DNA of 61,642 nt, filler included, from Diploschistes diacapsis (GCA_023645945.1; 14 parts of 14 records of this genome joined end to end with filler, not necessarily neighbours in it); one strand, 5' to 3'. Counted from the first letter of the whole stretch, positions 34,676-47,840 are shown. The notes: generated by a model not told the origin, from the sequence alone. Numbers and translations are program-made.

Positions 34676-36566
34676 TGTTGAGCAGGCAGGCAGAATGCAT
34701 GGCTGGGAAGTTCAGCTGAACCTACTGGGGTTCCTGCTAATCCTAATCGGGAGTAGTGCAAGTCTGTAGGGCTTAGTGGATCTTATTGGTATAAGAGCTT
34801 GCATGTAGATCATTTTTTCTAGCTAGATTTTTAGATATCTAGATTTTAATATATGCATTGTTTAAAAGGTTATGAGCTCGGGTTAATTTATTATCCCGTC
34901 GAGTTTATGTATTGAAAGTAATGTCTCCGGGTAGGTGTTATCGTTACGACTGCGGGATCCAATTACGCTACCTATTATAGATTAAATTGAAAAGATTTTA
35001 AAAGCCTAAGATCTGGATTATAGCATTTTAGGGTGGTTAGATCTAAAGTAGAAGTTAAATTACTTATTAATAAAACGCGGGTACCGATTACGTTGCTTTG
35101 AGAAAGCTAAATTGGCTGAATTAAGTTAAAATTTAGGATTTAAGTTCAGGTTTATTTAGTTAATATTCGAAAACCCTCCTCCTCGATAATTATCGAAATC
35201 CAATAAGATCTTATTATTGTACCTATTCGATCGTGTTCGATAAGTATCGAAGTTTAGTTGAACTCGTTGAACCTATTCGATTATTTTTATTTTTTTAGTA
35301 GAAAGTTTATAATTTTTAGTTTTATTTATCGACGATTACGAGTTATTTATTCGTTAATTATTTATTAACTACGATTCATTTTTTATATTAATCTTCTTTA
35401 TTTATAAAAACTGTAATTATAAAAAATATTATAAATAAGAAAAGAATAACTTTAGTATTAAGTAAAAACAACCATAAAGAATGGTTTATATTAATCAAAA
35501 ATTATTTTTAAAGCGAAGGAACGGACGACGTGTTGTTATACGAAACACCGCTTAATCACGACACCGATATTTTAACGTCGAGTAATTAATTCAGTTTAAT
35601 ATCTGAATCTTTATATAAATAACGTCGATCACGAACGTATCGAGGATCTAAATATTTTTTACGTTAAATAAATATTTCTTAAAGTAAAGTACGAAAAGGT
35701 TATTGAAAGCGAATGCCGATAATTACGACTCGAGTTCACCACGTACAAACTTTCTAACAATTAATTAATTATGGATGCCTAGATATACCTAATCCGTATC
35801 TAAAAGAAAATCAACGCTACTAAACTAAATCAAAAGTTTAGTACTAGATCAGTCTTTTAACAATTATTAGCTAGTTTTCCATCATCCTATAACACGTTAG
35901 TTGACGGTATTGATGTTTAGATCGAAAAAATCGATTTAAAGAACGTGGATTAGGATAAATGGCTAAATAAGCTATCTAATAAACAGACGAGTATTAAGAT
36001 TAAAACTGCTATATACTCGAACGATAGACGTTACGATAGTAATAAACGCTTTAATAATAAACGAAATATTAAGTAACGATATATTAATAACAAGCTTATG
36101 ACGTACCGTTAAAACAGGATACGTTTATTTGAACCTAAATTAGATAATTGCTTTCTTTATAGAAACGATTATCGCGCATCGAAATATTCTTTCGTTAAAG
36201 AATTCCGTAAGTTTATTATAATAAGAAAGAAGCTTACCCGTAAACATCGTGGCCATAATACGAAACAAGATAGTTTTTTCTAAAATAAGATTAGTTCGGT
36301 TGAATTTGAACCCGAATCTAAAGCTTAATTAGAATATGGTAATAAAGTTAAGATTACGACAATAACTATTATTATTAAAAATAAGATTACTTTTATTAAG
36401 TAAATTAATGATACTGGCGTTTTATCATATATGACTAATTAGCTGCATTTATTTAAAAATTAATTCCTATTCGAAAACAACGAATCAAAATCGGGAAAGG
36501 AATACTCTATTTAGATTACGCTAGGAAAATTAAGATGAAACATAATAATAATATTTTGTATTTAGG
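34676..36566 (+). mobile_element. Ty1/Copia element 5' half (LTR 34676-~34866, PBS, gag, protease), RIP-degenerate
   Basis: LTR begins TGTTGA; PBS GGTTATGAGC 34868-34877; LLASFPSSYNTLVDGI gag segment; degenerate zinc knuckle from 36149; *INDTGVLSYMT at ~36401-36440 matches the Copia protease WxxD(S/T)GASxHMT motif. Confidence 0.82.
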
Positions 36567-36666
36567 NNNNNNNNNNNNNNNNNNNNNNNNNNNNNNNNNN
36601 NNNNNNNNNNTTAATTAATTAANNNNNNNNNNNNNNNNNNNNNNNNNNNNNNNNNNNNNNNNNNNN

Positions 36667-36767
36667 GACACGGATATCGTAGCTAAAAAATCTAAAACAC
36701 GGATATTGATATTGTCAGTGTCCGTATTACTGACACGGCCGTGTCAGTGTCAGTAACGGCCAGTCTA
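36667..36767. mobile_element. Second copy (right end) of the hAT-type MITE
   Basis: GCTAAAAAATCTAAAACAC...CTGACACGGCCGTGTCAGTGTC...ACGGCCAGTCTA matches 3594-3649. Confidence 0.8.
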
Positions 36768-36901
36768 AATAGAATATTATCGAAGATTATTGAATATTAT
36801 GAAATATTCTAGAATATTCTAGAATATTCGGCTTACTAATGCATGAAATAATTTAGAAGGATAAGGAACACTCTAGAGTAGTGATTACTAATCACACTAG
36901 C

Positions 36902-37094
36902 GTGAAATGTGCCTATAAAAGGCCTCTCACCCTCCATCGTTCTTAGTTATAATCTTCAACCTCTTCAATATATTATCACTGTATAATAGTCAGCTACCAG
37001 GCTAAGCAGGCTAGGATTATTCCCTAGTTAGAACTAGCTGAAGAATACACTCTTAGTCATCAGTTATCTATTAGGACTTCCACCACTTTCAACA
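36902..37094 (+). repeat. LTR family B, 3' part
   Basis: Shares both end blocks with 5995-6158; TATAAAA box; ends TTTCAACA. Confidence 0.6.
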
Positions 37095-37649
37095 TATAAT
37101 AACGTAAATTCTGCGTTATGGCGGCGGAGATACTGCCAAAAAGGGATAAGGATCCAGAGCGCCAAGACCTCAGCTAACTACAATAGCTAACCCGCAGCCG
37201 CAGCGACAGGGGTGCCAAACCTCTCTAATTGACTTCTATCCTCCAAATTTACGACGTTTATTGCGGAGCCTTGTATATATACCCTTCGCATTCAACGGTT
37301 AGATCACCCTACCGCATTTTCCGTCTTAACCCTTGCTTTTGGCCTTTATCCCTATCAAGACCATGAATTGAGTATTAATACCTGGACACGGCTGGAGGTT
37401 GTGCCATGTACATATACTTTCTACAATATGCTCGGAATCCCTTCTGCGTAAGCTCTTGATCGGAGTCCTGAGGCAATCGTGTTTCTAAGAACCCTTTGCT
37501 TGTTAGGTAAATACTCAGACAAAAGCCCAAAGTTTGTCTGTAAGTCTTAAAAGTCTTATTCTCGAACCTATAACAAGACCAGTGTCTCCCTTCAGGCATC
37601 CTTCTCAGGGTATCTCAAAGCTGTCACTTGCCTTACCACGCAAAACCAC

Positions 37650-38802
37650 CTAGAACGGCGGTAAATGGAAAGGGTATCCTCCGTTCTTGATGCGGAAGAC
37701 ACTCAGCAAGAAACTGTACATTCCTAGCATCACAACACCCCATAGAATCACAGCTACTTGCTGCTGCTTCGAATCAGCAATCCTTGGAACCTTGAGGGCT
37801 AGGGAAATCGTAGCAAAGGCCAAAATGCCGTCTATGTTAAGAGTTCAGCGCAGATTTGTGCGGAATACGAGACGCTTACACATTGCAGCGACGATCTGTG
37901 TTTCCATTCCCCATTGGTTTGAAAATCCGCCTGCAAAATAGTTGATACCGCCACGACCATCGCCTGCCATATAAGGAACCTTTCTTATATGATTGAACAT
38001 GTGTCCGCTAGTAAATAAGAGAACAATTATCAAGCTGATCGCAGCCCATAAGTTACGGCTCTGCAAGATCGGCAAGAGGTATGGGCTTGCGATCGTAGCA
38101 AAACTGAGGCCACCCAAGACCAAGGGAACAGTCGTTACAAGCCGCATATAATTGAAGGGTCGACGGAGAGGAGGTTTGGCACCATCAGGCAGCTGTCTTG
38201 AAAGCCAAGCATGGATCTGTTCGGCGGATTGAGACCTTGAAACATGTAAGCTACAGATACCAGCTCATTGTTAATTTTTCTACCCCTGAGAGAAATCTAA
38301 GCGTATAGGTTGTCCGTTGATTCTAGCATTTGGTCCCACCGTTGGCGGATATAAGAACAAGACAGGCGCCGTTTGTAGCATCATCTGCAGTATAGGAGAA
38401 CACGTTAAGAGACGTACCAACGACTGAGAAAGTGTTCACGCAATTTCATACCTTCTGGAAAACGCTCTTTCCATCGGGAAAATCCAGGGTCGCGAACACC
38501 ATTCGAGAATCACCCTTTTTGTCGCCACTGAGCCAGCTTCTACTTAGGATCTCAAACTCTGGCTGAAAATCTCGACATAAGTGGCAACCATATTGAGAGG
38601 GTATAGCAGTCAAAAGAATCAAAGCCGCATAGTCTCGTGGAGATTGTGTTAGTTCTTCGAATGTCCCATCATCAAGCTTTAATGGCGTGCTTGAAGTGGA
38701 TTGAGTGCGAAACTTGCTGTATCTTGCTGCAAGTTTTTCATCCACCGCAAGAGCACTCAACGAGAACAGGACGAAAGTAAATGCCAACAGTAGCTTCATC
38801 AT
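37650..38802 (-). CDS. OST3: Oligosaccharyltransferase subunit Ost3/Ost6 family, multi-exon
   Basis: Signal peptide, thioredoxin-like CHLC, FTSGHMFNHIRKVPY, FSNQWGMETQIVAA, C-terminal FRIKNGGYPFHLPPF*. Confidence 0.92.
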
Positions 38803-39222
38803 GTGGTATTTCAGAATTTCAACTGAGAATCGGTTGATATCAGGCTGTGTGCTGGTTGTCGTCGTGTCCCGTAAGTAGATCGGGTACGCGTATTCTGCTG
38901 TGACGTGTTCATGATTACGTAATAAACTGCCGAAGCCTGAGACCTCTTGTATCAGGACCTAGACCCCATAATTAGAGAGGTTTAGCAACCCTGTCAATGC
39001 GCTCGCTGCGAGATTTTAAATGTAGCTAGCGTCTTTTTTGGGGCTTTGGCAATAGACTAGTCCAAATTAAGAAGTATATCAAAATATAATGCTTTTAGTA
39101 ATTTTATTTCTTTTAAATATAGTCTAAAAAATCTGAAATATAGCCATTTCATGTTTTTAGATGTTTGTTTTAAGGCGCCGTAGGGCCTTTATTATTTTTA
39201 ATTTTTTGTTATATTTAAAAAC

Positions 39223-39361
39223 TGTCAGATTATTAACCTAAATGGGTTAGTCTATCTGACTAGTTAACACTAGTAGGACCCTGAAGGTTCTTTAACCCTT
39301 CAGGACACGCCATTAACAACTGTTGAACATCCTACTAACTATAGTCAAACATCCTACTAGT
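39223..39361 (-). repeat. LTR family A fragment, about 420 bp upstream of OST3
   Basis: Nearly identical to 5645-5783. Confidence 0.75.
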
Positions 39362-39461
39362 NNNNNNNNNNNNNNNNNNNNNNNNNNNNNNNNNNNNNNN
39401 NNNNNTTAATTAATTAANNNNNNNNNNNNNNNNNNNNNNNNNNNNNNNNNNNNNNNNNNNN

Positions 39462-40490
39462 CTATAAGATCTTTAAAAAAGTCCTTTAAATTATTTATAA
39501 ATTTTATATTATCGATTTTACTCTTTTTATTCTTTAGAAATGTATATCTTTCCGAATTATATTATCTATCGAGAATATTTTATATAAATTTAATATCTCC
39601 TTAAGGTTGAAAGATACGGAAGCTAAAATCTCCATTATATCATCCTCGTATACACTTAATGATCGTTTTAAAGTCATAAGAACTAAAATTATACTTCAAA
39701 ACCGGATACTTATACAGTAGTTTCTAAATCTCTTTCTCCGATAACCCACAAACAAGGATAGTAACTACCTTTCGACCGGAAAAGATACCCTATCTAAAAA
39801 GGTTTCTAGCCATAGTTTCAAATCTAGAACAAAAGTTTCGGAGTCCCTCTTGACTATTGCGATATCTCGTAACCAATTTTATTAAATAAGTTTTAATATT
39901 CATCTGCTGTCGAGTATCAAGATAAGCATAATCCCGAAATAAGGTCTTTTTTAAAACAGCCCAGTCGCGTTTAATAAATTCAGGCGAAGTTTCAATTAAT
40001 ATACCAATAGATTCTTTACTGTAATTAAATAAGCGGATAAAGAAATCCTTTACCGTTATAAGGTACTTCCGATAGAACCCTTCTTACTAAATAACGAACT
40101 TAAACATATCCTTATTAATAAAGAAAAGAGTTCCGGTTGTGTTTGGCTTAAGAACGAGATACTAATAAAAAGGAATACTTATACTCGTCGTCGGTATCAA
40201 AACATTCTAAGCCGTATATACTGGAAGTAATTCTAACCTTATATCCGTAGGCGGTTCAATCGGTAACAGCGGTTTTTCTTATATAAACGTTCCTAATTAC
40301 TCGCTTCCTTCCGAGGGCACAACATCGAGCTAACTACCTATCTCTAATAAAATCTCAAACTTAAGATTACGATATATCGCTTTTATATTAATCGTGATCG
40401 AGTAGAGTATTTTAGAGATTTCTGATACTACTAATGCTTAAAAGGAATTGTAAGTTAATTACGAGAAAAAGAAAGACGCGATAATCCGTG
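39462..40490 (-). mobile_element. Ty3/Gypsy gag region, RIP-degenerate, copy 1
   Basis: About 1 kb colinear with 48104-49130, differing mainly by transitions; gag-like translation. Confidence 0.7.
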
Positions 40491-41159
40491 AATAATTTAA
40501 CTTTTTACGTTATTCCATCATTTTCTCTTTATACTCTTTTGATTCCTCTTCAGAATCATAATACCATACTTTCTCTTACTCTTTTTGCTGCAAAGCCCCT
40601 GGCTTCAACAATATACCAAATTTTCTTTCCTTGCTCTTTATATCCGCCTTATTTTTTTGTTATTTTTCCCTTCTTTTTTCTCTTTTTTGTTTCCTGGTTC
40701 TTTCGTTTCGATAACATTGGTTCTTTTGTTTATTTGTTTTTTATTGTTTTTTCTTAAAACTCGTATTCGATTTCTATTCTTTATCGTTCGTATTTATATC
40801 ATTCTATTTAAGTTATTTATTCGTATTCGATCTCCTTTTTCTCGTGTTCGTATTCGCGTAATTCTAATTAATCTACTTAATTTCCGTTCGATATCTATTA
40901 ACTAGAACCAATAATGTCTGTCGTTTTTAATATCGATAATCTTTAATTTTCAATTCTTTTTTAATATTTTATTTATCCGCAGCTTAACCTTCTAAATACA
41001 TCTTAACCAAATTCTGTTCTTTTATTTTTTTAATACTAGTAGGCCATTTAAGGACAATTAAATGCCCCCTTCCTTTCTCTTTCCATATTTTTATAAACAA
41101 TGTCTTTTTGTTATGTCTGAAGCTTTTAGATCGTAACCTTCTCCTTACCTTTCGTAAGA

Positions 41160-41436
41160 TGTAAAAGGGTCCTTAGATAAGTCCTCAGGTTGACTTTTAT
41201 TATAAATATAAGACGCGCTGTTTAGGGAGACTTCCCTTGCTGTAATAGGTAGGTAGTCGCAGGTGATGTAGTAAAAGAATGTAATGTGAGTTGGTAGTCA
41301 ACAGCATATCTAGGTAGGATATTTGTAAAATGTAGGATGTATTCCCCTTTCTAGAGCTACCTAGCAGGCCTCCTTAAATGGAGCTGCCCTGTGGAGACCA
41401 CCCCTACCAAGTCTGCGGCCTACTTTTATGTTTACA
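41160..41436. repeat. Probable LTR (family D)
   Basis: TGTAAA...TTTACA inverted termini around a 277-bp block that is more GC-rich than its flanks; no TSD seen. Confidence 0.5.
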
Positions 41437-41552
41437 CTATATAAAGCAGAATATGTCTTATTAATCGAAACGAAAGTTATTACGTGAACGATATTACTAT
41501 TAAATAATATTTATAACCGGGCCGATCATTTAGCGGCAAGAATAAGATATAT

Positions 41553-41732
41553 TGTTCAACGTATGTATTGAGTCTAAAGATCTATCTAAGAGGGACAACC
41601 TACATGCAAGCCTTTATACCTATGGGATTCTCTAAGCCCTACAGGCTTCAGCTACTCCCAATCTGGATTAGCAGGAACCTAAGTGGGTTTAACTGAACCT
41701 TCCAGCCATACATTCTGCCTGTTTGCTCAACA
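41553..41732 (-). repeat. Solo Copia LTR, diverged family C
   Basis: TGTTCAAC...GCTCAACA; aligns with 33885-34072. Confidence 0.75.
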
Positions 41733-42345
41733 TTCCTTTACGGGCGGAACCACCGGTATGTTTATTTAGTTCAGCTGGATGTCTTTTATATTAATTCAAG
41801 TCTTTTAATAAACATATCGTGCTTAATATATTTTAGTGGTTTTATTAATCCGTTAATAATTATTTTATTAATAAATATATAAATAATATTAATATATTTT
41901 AATCTGTCGTTGATCCTCGCGTGTTTTATTAAACCTAAAGAATCAATATTATTTCTTAATAATTTAATAATAAACGAAAATAGGCCTATAAATTCTAAAT
42001 ATTTAATATCGTTTAAGAATTATACGTACCATACGACCTATTTTGCGGCATAAGATAATTTAATATATTTAATTTTAATTATCGAAGTAAAAATTAAGCT
42101 TTATTTTTTATTTATTTATAATATTGGGCTATCATATAGCTGAAAAATATGTCCANNNNNNNNNNNNNNNNNNNNNNNNNNNNNNNNNNNNNNNNNNNNT
42201 TAATTAATTAANNNNNNNNNNNNNNNNNNNNNNNNNNNNNNNNNNNNNNNNNNNNCCCCATCCGTCCGCACTTCCTCCATAGCCCCCAACCAACCAACCA
42301 ACCAACCAACCAGCTAACCCTCCCCTCCCCTTGCAACCCAAACAG

Positions 42346-42788
42346 AATGGAACACCACCAACGCCTCGCCCCAAGCATCCAGCAATCTGCGGGAGCCCTT
42401 CCCGCCATCGGGCTTCGGCGCGCTCTCGACGCGCACGGGGCTGAAGCCCGTGGTCGCGGCCGTCAACGGGGCCTGCCTGGGCGGGGGCTTCGAGATGGCG
42501 ATCAACGCGGACCTGGTGCTGGCGCTGTCGAGCGCGAGCTTCGGGCTGCCGGAGGCGAAGCGCGGCGTCGTGGCCGTCGCCGGCGCCCTGCCGCGGCTCG
42601 CCCGCGTCGTCGGCCGCCAGCGCGCCATGGAGATGGCCCTGACCGGCCGCGCCTATCCCGCCCAGGACATGCGCGCCTGGGGGGTCGTTAATGCCGTTGT
42701 GCCGGCCCCGGAGCGGCGGCAGCAGGGAGGAGGAAGAGGAGGAGGAGGAGGAGGCATGGCTTGTGCGAACTACTGCCGTGTTATGTAG
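42346..42788 (+). CDS. Enoyl-CoA hydratase/isomerase (crotonase) family, partial
   Basis: KPVVAAVNGACLGGGFEM, FGLPEAKRGV, AMEMALTGR; exon starts after CTAAC..CAG at 42345; 5' exons lost in gap, 3' end abnormal. Confidence 0.85.
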
Positions 42789-43615
42789 ATTGGTCTTGCT
42801 TGGTTCAAAGGTTTCATTCTTTTTTTTGGGGGTTTTATTTGTGATTTTGATCTCCCCCCCGCGCGCGCGCGCGCGCGAAATGCTTCGTCGTGTTTATTAT
42901 TATGTTGGTACTATATATTCAGGTCCTCCCCGAGACCTCCTCGCGCTATGGTGCTGTATCTGCAGCTATTCCACGTTATGGATATGTGGATGATGCGGGA
43001 TATTGAATGATTCACGCTGCTGGACATTGAACGCTCCAAGGTACAGAAATGCATCGCTCACGCTTGAAACGCAGATAAATTCAATTTCGAAGATTTTTGA
43101 GCCTCCTTTTCACCCCTTCCCCTCTTGCCTCTCCCTTCTCGCCCGGTTCCGAGTTGAACCAAACGATATTGTGATCCAAGTTCAATTCGCGGGGGCTCGT
43201 CCAAGATCTGTCCTCTACCTCTTCGGATAACTTACACATTCGGCGTGATGCTGCAAGGGTTTGCTGTGCTTCTTTTTTCGTATCGACTTCCCCTCCTGCT
43301 TCGCCGGAGATGAACATGTTGGGGAACTCCTGGGCGAGTTTGCCATCATGAGAACCGTGTCTGACACGTGTGCAGCATGGAGGTGACTTGTTTTGTCTCA
43401 TCGATGCTCGCTCCGTTGTGCAAGCGCGAGTGCGGGTGCACGACTGCTCGTGCTATGGTGGACATAGGGAGTGCTCCGAGTGATCCGTCCGTTCGGGAAG
43501 CCTCTTCTCAGGAGCAGGGACCCCATGGCTGACCCCTTGCCGCCAACGTGGTGGTCAATCCGTTTGTAAGGAATTCGAGTTTCCATCACTCCAATACGAA
43601 TGAATGCCTTTCCAC

Positions 43616-44056
43616 TCATCCCAGACCCGGGCTGCGGCTGGCAGACCGCGAACTGCTCACGCTGCCCGCCAGCGAGGACCTCTCCACGTTCAGCATGTCG
43701 AGGTAGTTTCGCAGGCTGAAGGGTTCGTGTTCTTGAGCAGCCGTTGTTCTCTTTACTCGTTTCGGTGCGGTTTCCTGTCGTTCGTGCGTGCACAGTTGGC
43801 TTGGCCAGGGCATGTGTGTTGAGAGCTCGAAGGGCGAGGATGCAGAAGAAGATTCTGAAGAGGTCGAGGATGGTGCAGAGGAGCGCTTGCGCTTGAGAGA
43901 TTTAGGTTCCGAGGTGGGCGTGAGGAGCGTCGTTGTTGTCGTCGTCGCCGATGGCTTTGGGTATGCAGAGGTGGTTTCTGTGCGGTGTTGGGAGGAAGAG
44001 GATGAGGAGGGCGAGGACGTGGAGCGACGTGTTGAGGATCGGAGTGTTGGTGCCAT
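43616..44056 (-). CDS. Small Ser-rich hypothetical protein with NLS-like KRKR
   Basis: 146-aa ORF with AAATG start context; no recognisable domain. Confidence 0.4.
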   Translation of the reverse strand: MAPTLRSSTRRSTSSPSSSSSSQHRTETTSAYPKPSATTTTTTLLTPTSEPKSLKRKRSSAPSSTSSESSSASSPFELSTHMPWPSQLCTHERQETAPKRVKRTTAAQEHEPFSLRNYLDMLNVERSSLAGSVSSSRSASRSPGLG

Positions 44057-45257
44057 TTCTTCTTTTTACCGCGATAATATTTCGAAGCTGGAGGAAAATG
44101 ATATGTGCTTTTGAAGATGGTGTGAAGTATTTACGATGACAAGAACAGGAGGACGTTGATGATGGGAAAAGGCTGGCGCGCCCAACGCATAAATATAGAA
44201 TCCTGCTAAAAAGCTAACAGAGGGCCGATGTCACAGCTCTAACGGCAAAAAGTCGGAAAACACCCAAATTTAACCCAGGGGCTAAGCCACCATTCCCACA
44301 CCTTCATGTGCAGGCAGGCCGAGAGGCCGCTTGCTGCCACGTTTCCAAGGGGGGGGGGGCCTTTTCTTGCGTTTCTCCCCCTGCGGCCGCTTCCGCTTCG
44401 CTTCAGGCTTTGTTTCGTGTGTTTCGTATTCGTTCTACACTGCCCTGCCCATCCCAAAAGGTAGACAGCACGCAAAAGGGGGGTGATCCCCATGTTCTCT
44501 ACCTCGGTTTATTTTGCAGCTGGTTTGGTTAGTAGTGATTTCGCAATGGAGGGCCAAATCAATGATGACCGCTGGACTGTGAATTGCACCTTGTTACGCG
44601 CATCTTAGCTCCTGCTACAGATACCTACACGACCTTCTCGCTTGAAATCAAGCCATGAAGCACCATCGATCATTATCCGGTCAGAGTCCATTATTTGCAT
44701 TATTTATCTAATTTCGTGTCTCGTCCCCCCCACAGAGCAGCCTCTTGACCTCCATGAGAGAGGTCTCCGGAAAAGGGGAGCATTGATACTATTGCGCCTC
44801 TTCTTCGCCTTCTTTCTCTCCGTAGTAAACCGGGTCTGATCTTCTAGCCGCAGGGGCATACGAAAAAAGCAAGCATTACCGGCAGTCCTTACAACGGAAC
44901 GGCCACCACCTTGTGGACTGCCAACGTCTATTGTATGCACATAACCCCNNNNNNNNNNNNNNNNNNNNNNNNNNNNNNNNNNNNNNNNNNNNTTAATTAA
45001 TTAANNNNNNNNNNNNNNNNNNNNNNNNNNNNNNNNNNNNNNNNNNNNGATGTGCGGGGACGGCTTGAGGGGGTTGGGGATGGGAGCCCGGGTGGAGGGT
45101 TGTAGATTGGTTACGTTTGGTGTCTATGAATGTTTGAGATATTTGTAACCTGAGTGGGCTCGGTGACGGAGCATGGCACTGTAAACTCCTAAAAAAAAAT
45201 GCAGCACCGCCTCTCCACGCTTTACGCCAGCCTCCGTATTCGACAATCAATAGCTGT

Positions 45258-46944
45258 TCACCCCTCTACCTCCCTCTTCCGAAACTGCACCAGCGGCCCC
45301 TCCTTCTCCCCGACGAAGATATCCTTTACCATGTACTCGCCATTATCCGCCCTCCCCATCTCCCCCACCATCCGCAGGTCATACAGCCACAGCGTCCTGG
45401 CCAGCGCAACAGTCAGCTCGAGGTATGCAACGCCCTTCCCAATGCAGCCTCTCGGCCCGACGCTGAACGGGCAGAAGGCCGACTGCGCAGTCTGCAGCGC
45501 CGCGGCGCTACCCCTGTCGCCCTTCTCGTCGTCGCCAGCCATCCACCGCATAGGGTTGTAGGTGAAGGGATCTGGGTGGTACGCGGGGTTGTGGTGTAAG
45601 GCATAGATGGGCACTCCTACGACGCTGCCGGCGGGGAAGTGCATTCCGTCCACGTCGATGCCGCCTTCGAGCACTTCGCGGGGAAGCAGCGAGGGGACGG
45701 GTGGGCAGAGACGCATTGCTTCGTCGAGGCAGGCGCGCAGAAAGCGTAGCTCGGAGAGGGCGGGGCCGGCGACGATTTCTTCGACGCTGGAGAAGGTTTG
45801 ACGGATGAGCGCTGTGAGTTTGGTAAGATAGGATGTGTTGTGAAGGAGATAGTAGAAGGTTGAGGAAAAGGCTGTTGAGGTTGTGTCGGAGCCCTAGGAA
45901 TATTAGCGTGTGCTAGGCCATAGGAAAAGCGAGGGTGGCATACGGCGATCAAAAGAACATTGGACTCGCCCCAGAGTTCTTGTTGGGAAAAGCCTTGGCC
46001 AGTTTCGGGGTCCTTGGCCTTGAGGAGGTAGTAGAAGAAGTCGCGGCGATCAGTATCTGTGCCTAGTTGCATTCGCTTTGCTAATCTGGCGCGGCTGTAT
46101 TGCATGAAGCGCACTCGGTTTCCGCGTAGGTCCTTGAAGAATACCCTATCCAGGCCCAGTTTCTTCAGGCCGGGCATTTGCGCGTTTAAGTAGTGGAATT
46201 GGGAGCTCCTTGCGACAAGATTGATGGCAAACCGGTTGTCCGGCTTCTCTATTGTGTCAAAGCTTTCACCATAGCAGATATCGCCTAGTACATCGTACGA
46301 CATATAGTTTGCCCAGAGTCCCATGTCCTTTGGCGTCGACCACGTCTGCTCTTTCTTCCCGCCAAAGTCTCTACGGGAGGGAAAGTCTCCGATGGCTTCA
46401 GTAAAGGTCCGGATGACACTCAGGATGTGGGGCTGTAGTCCTTTCATAGCAGCATCCGAGAAGCCTTGTGACAGCACTCGTCTTTTACGTGCATGCATAG
46501 CTTTATCAATCGCGCTGTGCGTACTCCAAGCTCCCTTGGTGGCAGGGAATGCCGAGTAGAAGTGCGCTTTACGGACATTGCTCTTGTATCCGTAGATATC
46601 GCTTAGAGCAATATTTGAATTGATTGAGACTTTATCCGGGCCATAGCGAACAACCTTGCCGTACCTCTGGTGGAGCGCGTAGAAATCCAGGTGCCTATAG
46701 CCTTTCCACGCTTGCCATACCGAGTACCAGTCTGTGAGACGTCCAAGCAAAGGCCCGGGATATTTGGCTAGAGGGTGCAGAGAAAGGCGGTAGAAGCCCA
46801 CTGCTAAGACCTATAGTCATATATCAGTCATGGCAGAGTAAGTGAAGCCCATGCTCTTACGTATACCAGGCCTCCACTAAGTACGAATAGTAAAAGGTAG
46901 TACACAACATCGCTCCACGTCTTGATAATTTCCGAATTGAACAT
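45258..46944 (-). CDS. Cytochrome P450, CYP548-like (exons 46944-46861, 46810-45944, 45893-45258)
   Basis: HPLAKYPGP, HARKRRVLS, I-helix LLIAGSDTT across intron, EAMR (ExxR), heme motif FSVGPRGCIG. Family call is from recalled similarity. Confidence 0.93.
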
Positions 46945-47540
46945 TTTGTATCAACTGACACCATTTACTGCGAAGTACGAAGATAGAAGAGTTCCCAACA
47001 CCAGCTTGTCCTTCGCTTCTATAGTTAGTCCGCGGAAAGAGCGCGCTATAACATCTGAGGCCTGACGCATTAACAACAACAATCGCGGAATATGAAAGGG
47101 CCAGAGTCCTGCAGCTGCCATGGAGCCCCCCTCTTTACATTATTGGACATCACTTAGTTGACGCTTGAGTTAAACTTGGTATACACGGCTCGACGCGGTT
47201 ATGTGCAACTGAAGTGGGGAAGTTGAATGTGTTTTGCCGCTAGTAGCCGGATATGGATCTAGACCGGCTATCGTCGGACGCCTTCATTGTTCCATGCGGA
47301 GAAGAGGATAGGCTTGTAATGCCCGCGACCAGCCGGATAGAGACAAGATTGATGGACCATCTTGCTTCTGTTTGAGCTTGCAATCAAGCATTTGTCAGAT
47401 TCAAAGCCAGTTGAGAGGTCGTGCTACTATTTTTTGCCCGTTCATCTCCGGTATCTCCGATATGGTGCATTTGCCCTAACAGCCTTAAACATTGTCAGAA
47501 GAAGGCACTAGACAATAGACGCTCAAAAGAAACATCCAAC

Positions 47541-47740
47541 TTACCCCTCAACCCTGATCCCCCTCCTCTTCTTCTTCCTCCTCCCCCCAGATGGCTCCGG
47601 CCGACTACTAAAAACAATCTTGTACCTGACCAACTCCAGAATCTCCAACTCCTCCACCACCTCCCCTTCCCCTACTCCACTTCCACTTTCACCTTTCCCA
47701 ACTCCCTCCTCATCAACATCCATCCCTTCCTCCCTCACCC
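47541..47740 (-). CDS. CTF8: Ctf8 (Ctf18-RFC subunit) C-terminal fragment
   Basis: EELEILELVRYKIVFSSRPEP resembles the conserved Ctf8 C-terminus; remainder lost in gap. Confidence 0.7.
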
Positions 47741-47840
47741 NNNNNNNNNNNNNNNNNNNNNNNNNNNNNNNNNNNNNNNNNNNNTTAATTAATTAANNNN
47801 NNNNNNNNNNNNNNNNNNNNNNNNNNNNNNNNNNNNNNNN

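Noticed and set aside
37100..37360. Possible structured RNA gene downstream of OST3
   Set aside because: No tRNA A/B boxes or recognisable snRNA/snoRNA motifs found by eye.
40488..40905. Phe/Leu/Ile-rich ORFs resembling membrane proteins
   Set aside because: Artefact of T-rich RIP-mutated repeat DNA.
42710..42788. Novel C-terminus on the enoyl-CoA hydratase
   Set aside because: Homology ends at a (GGA)n tract; more likely a collapsed repeat, misassembly or simple truncation.
42854..42877. C7 plus (GC)8 tract with Z-DNA potential
   Set aside because: Simple microsatellite with no evidence of function.
42256..47740. Enoyl-CoA hydratase plus P450 as a metabolic gene cluster
   Set aside because: They are on different contigs separated by a linker; no backbone enzyme present.
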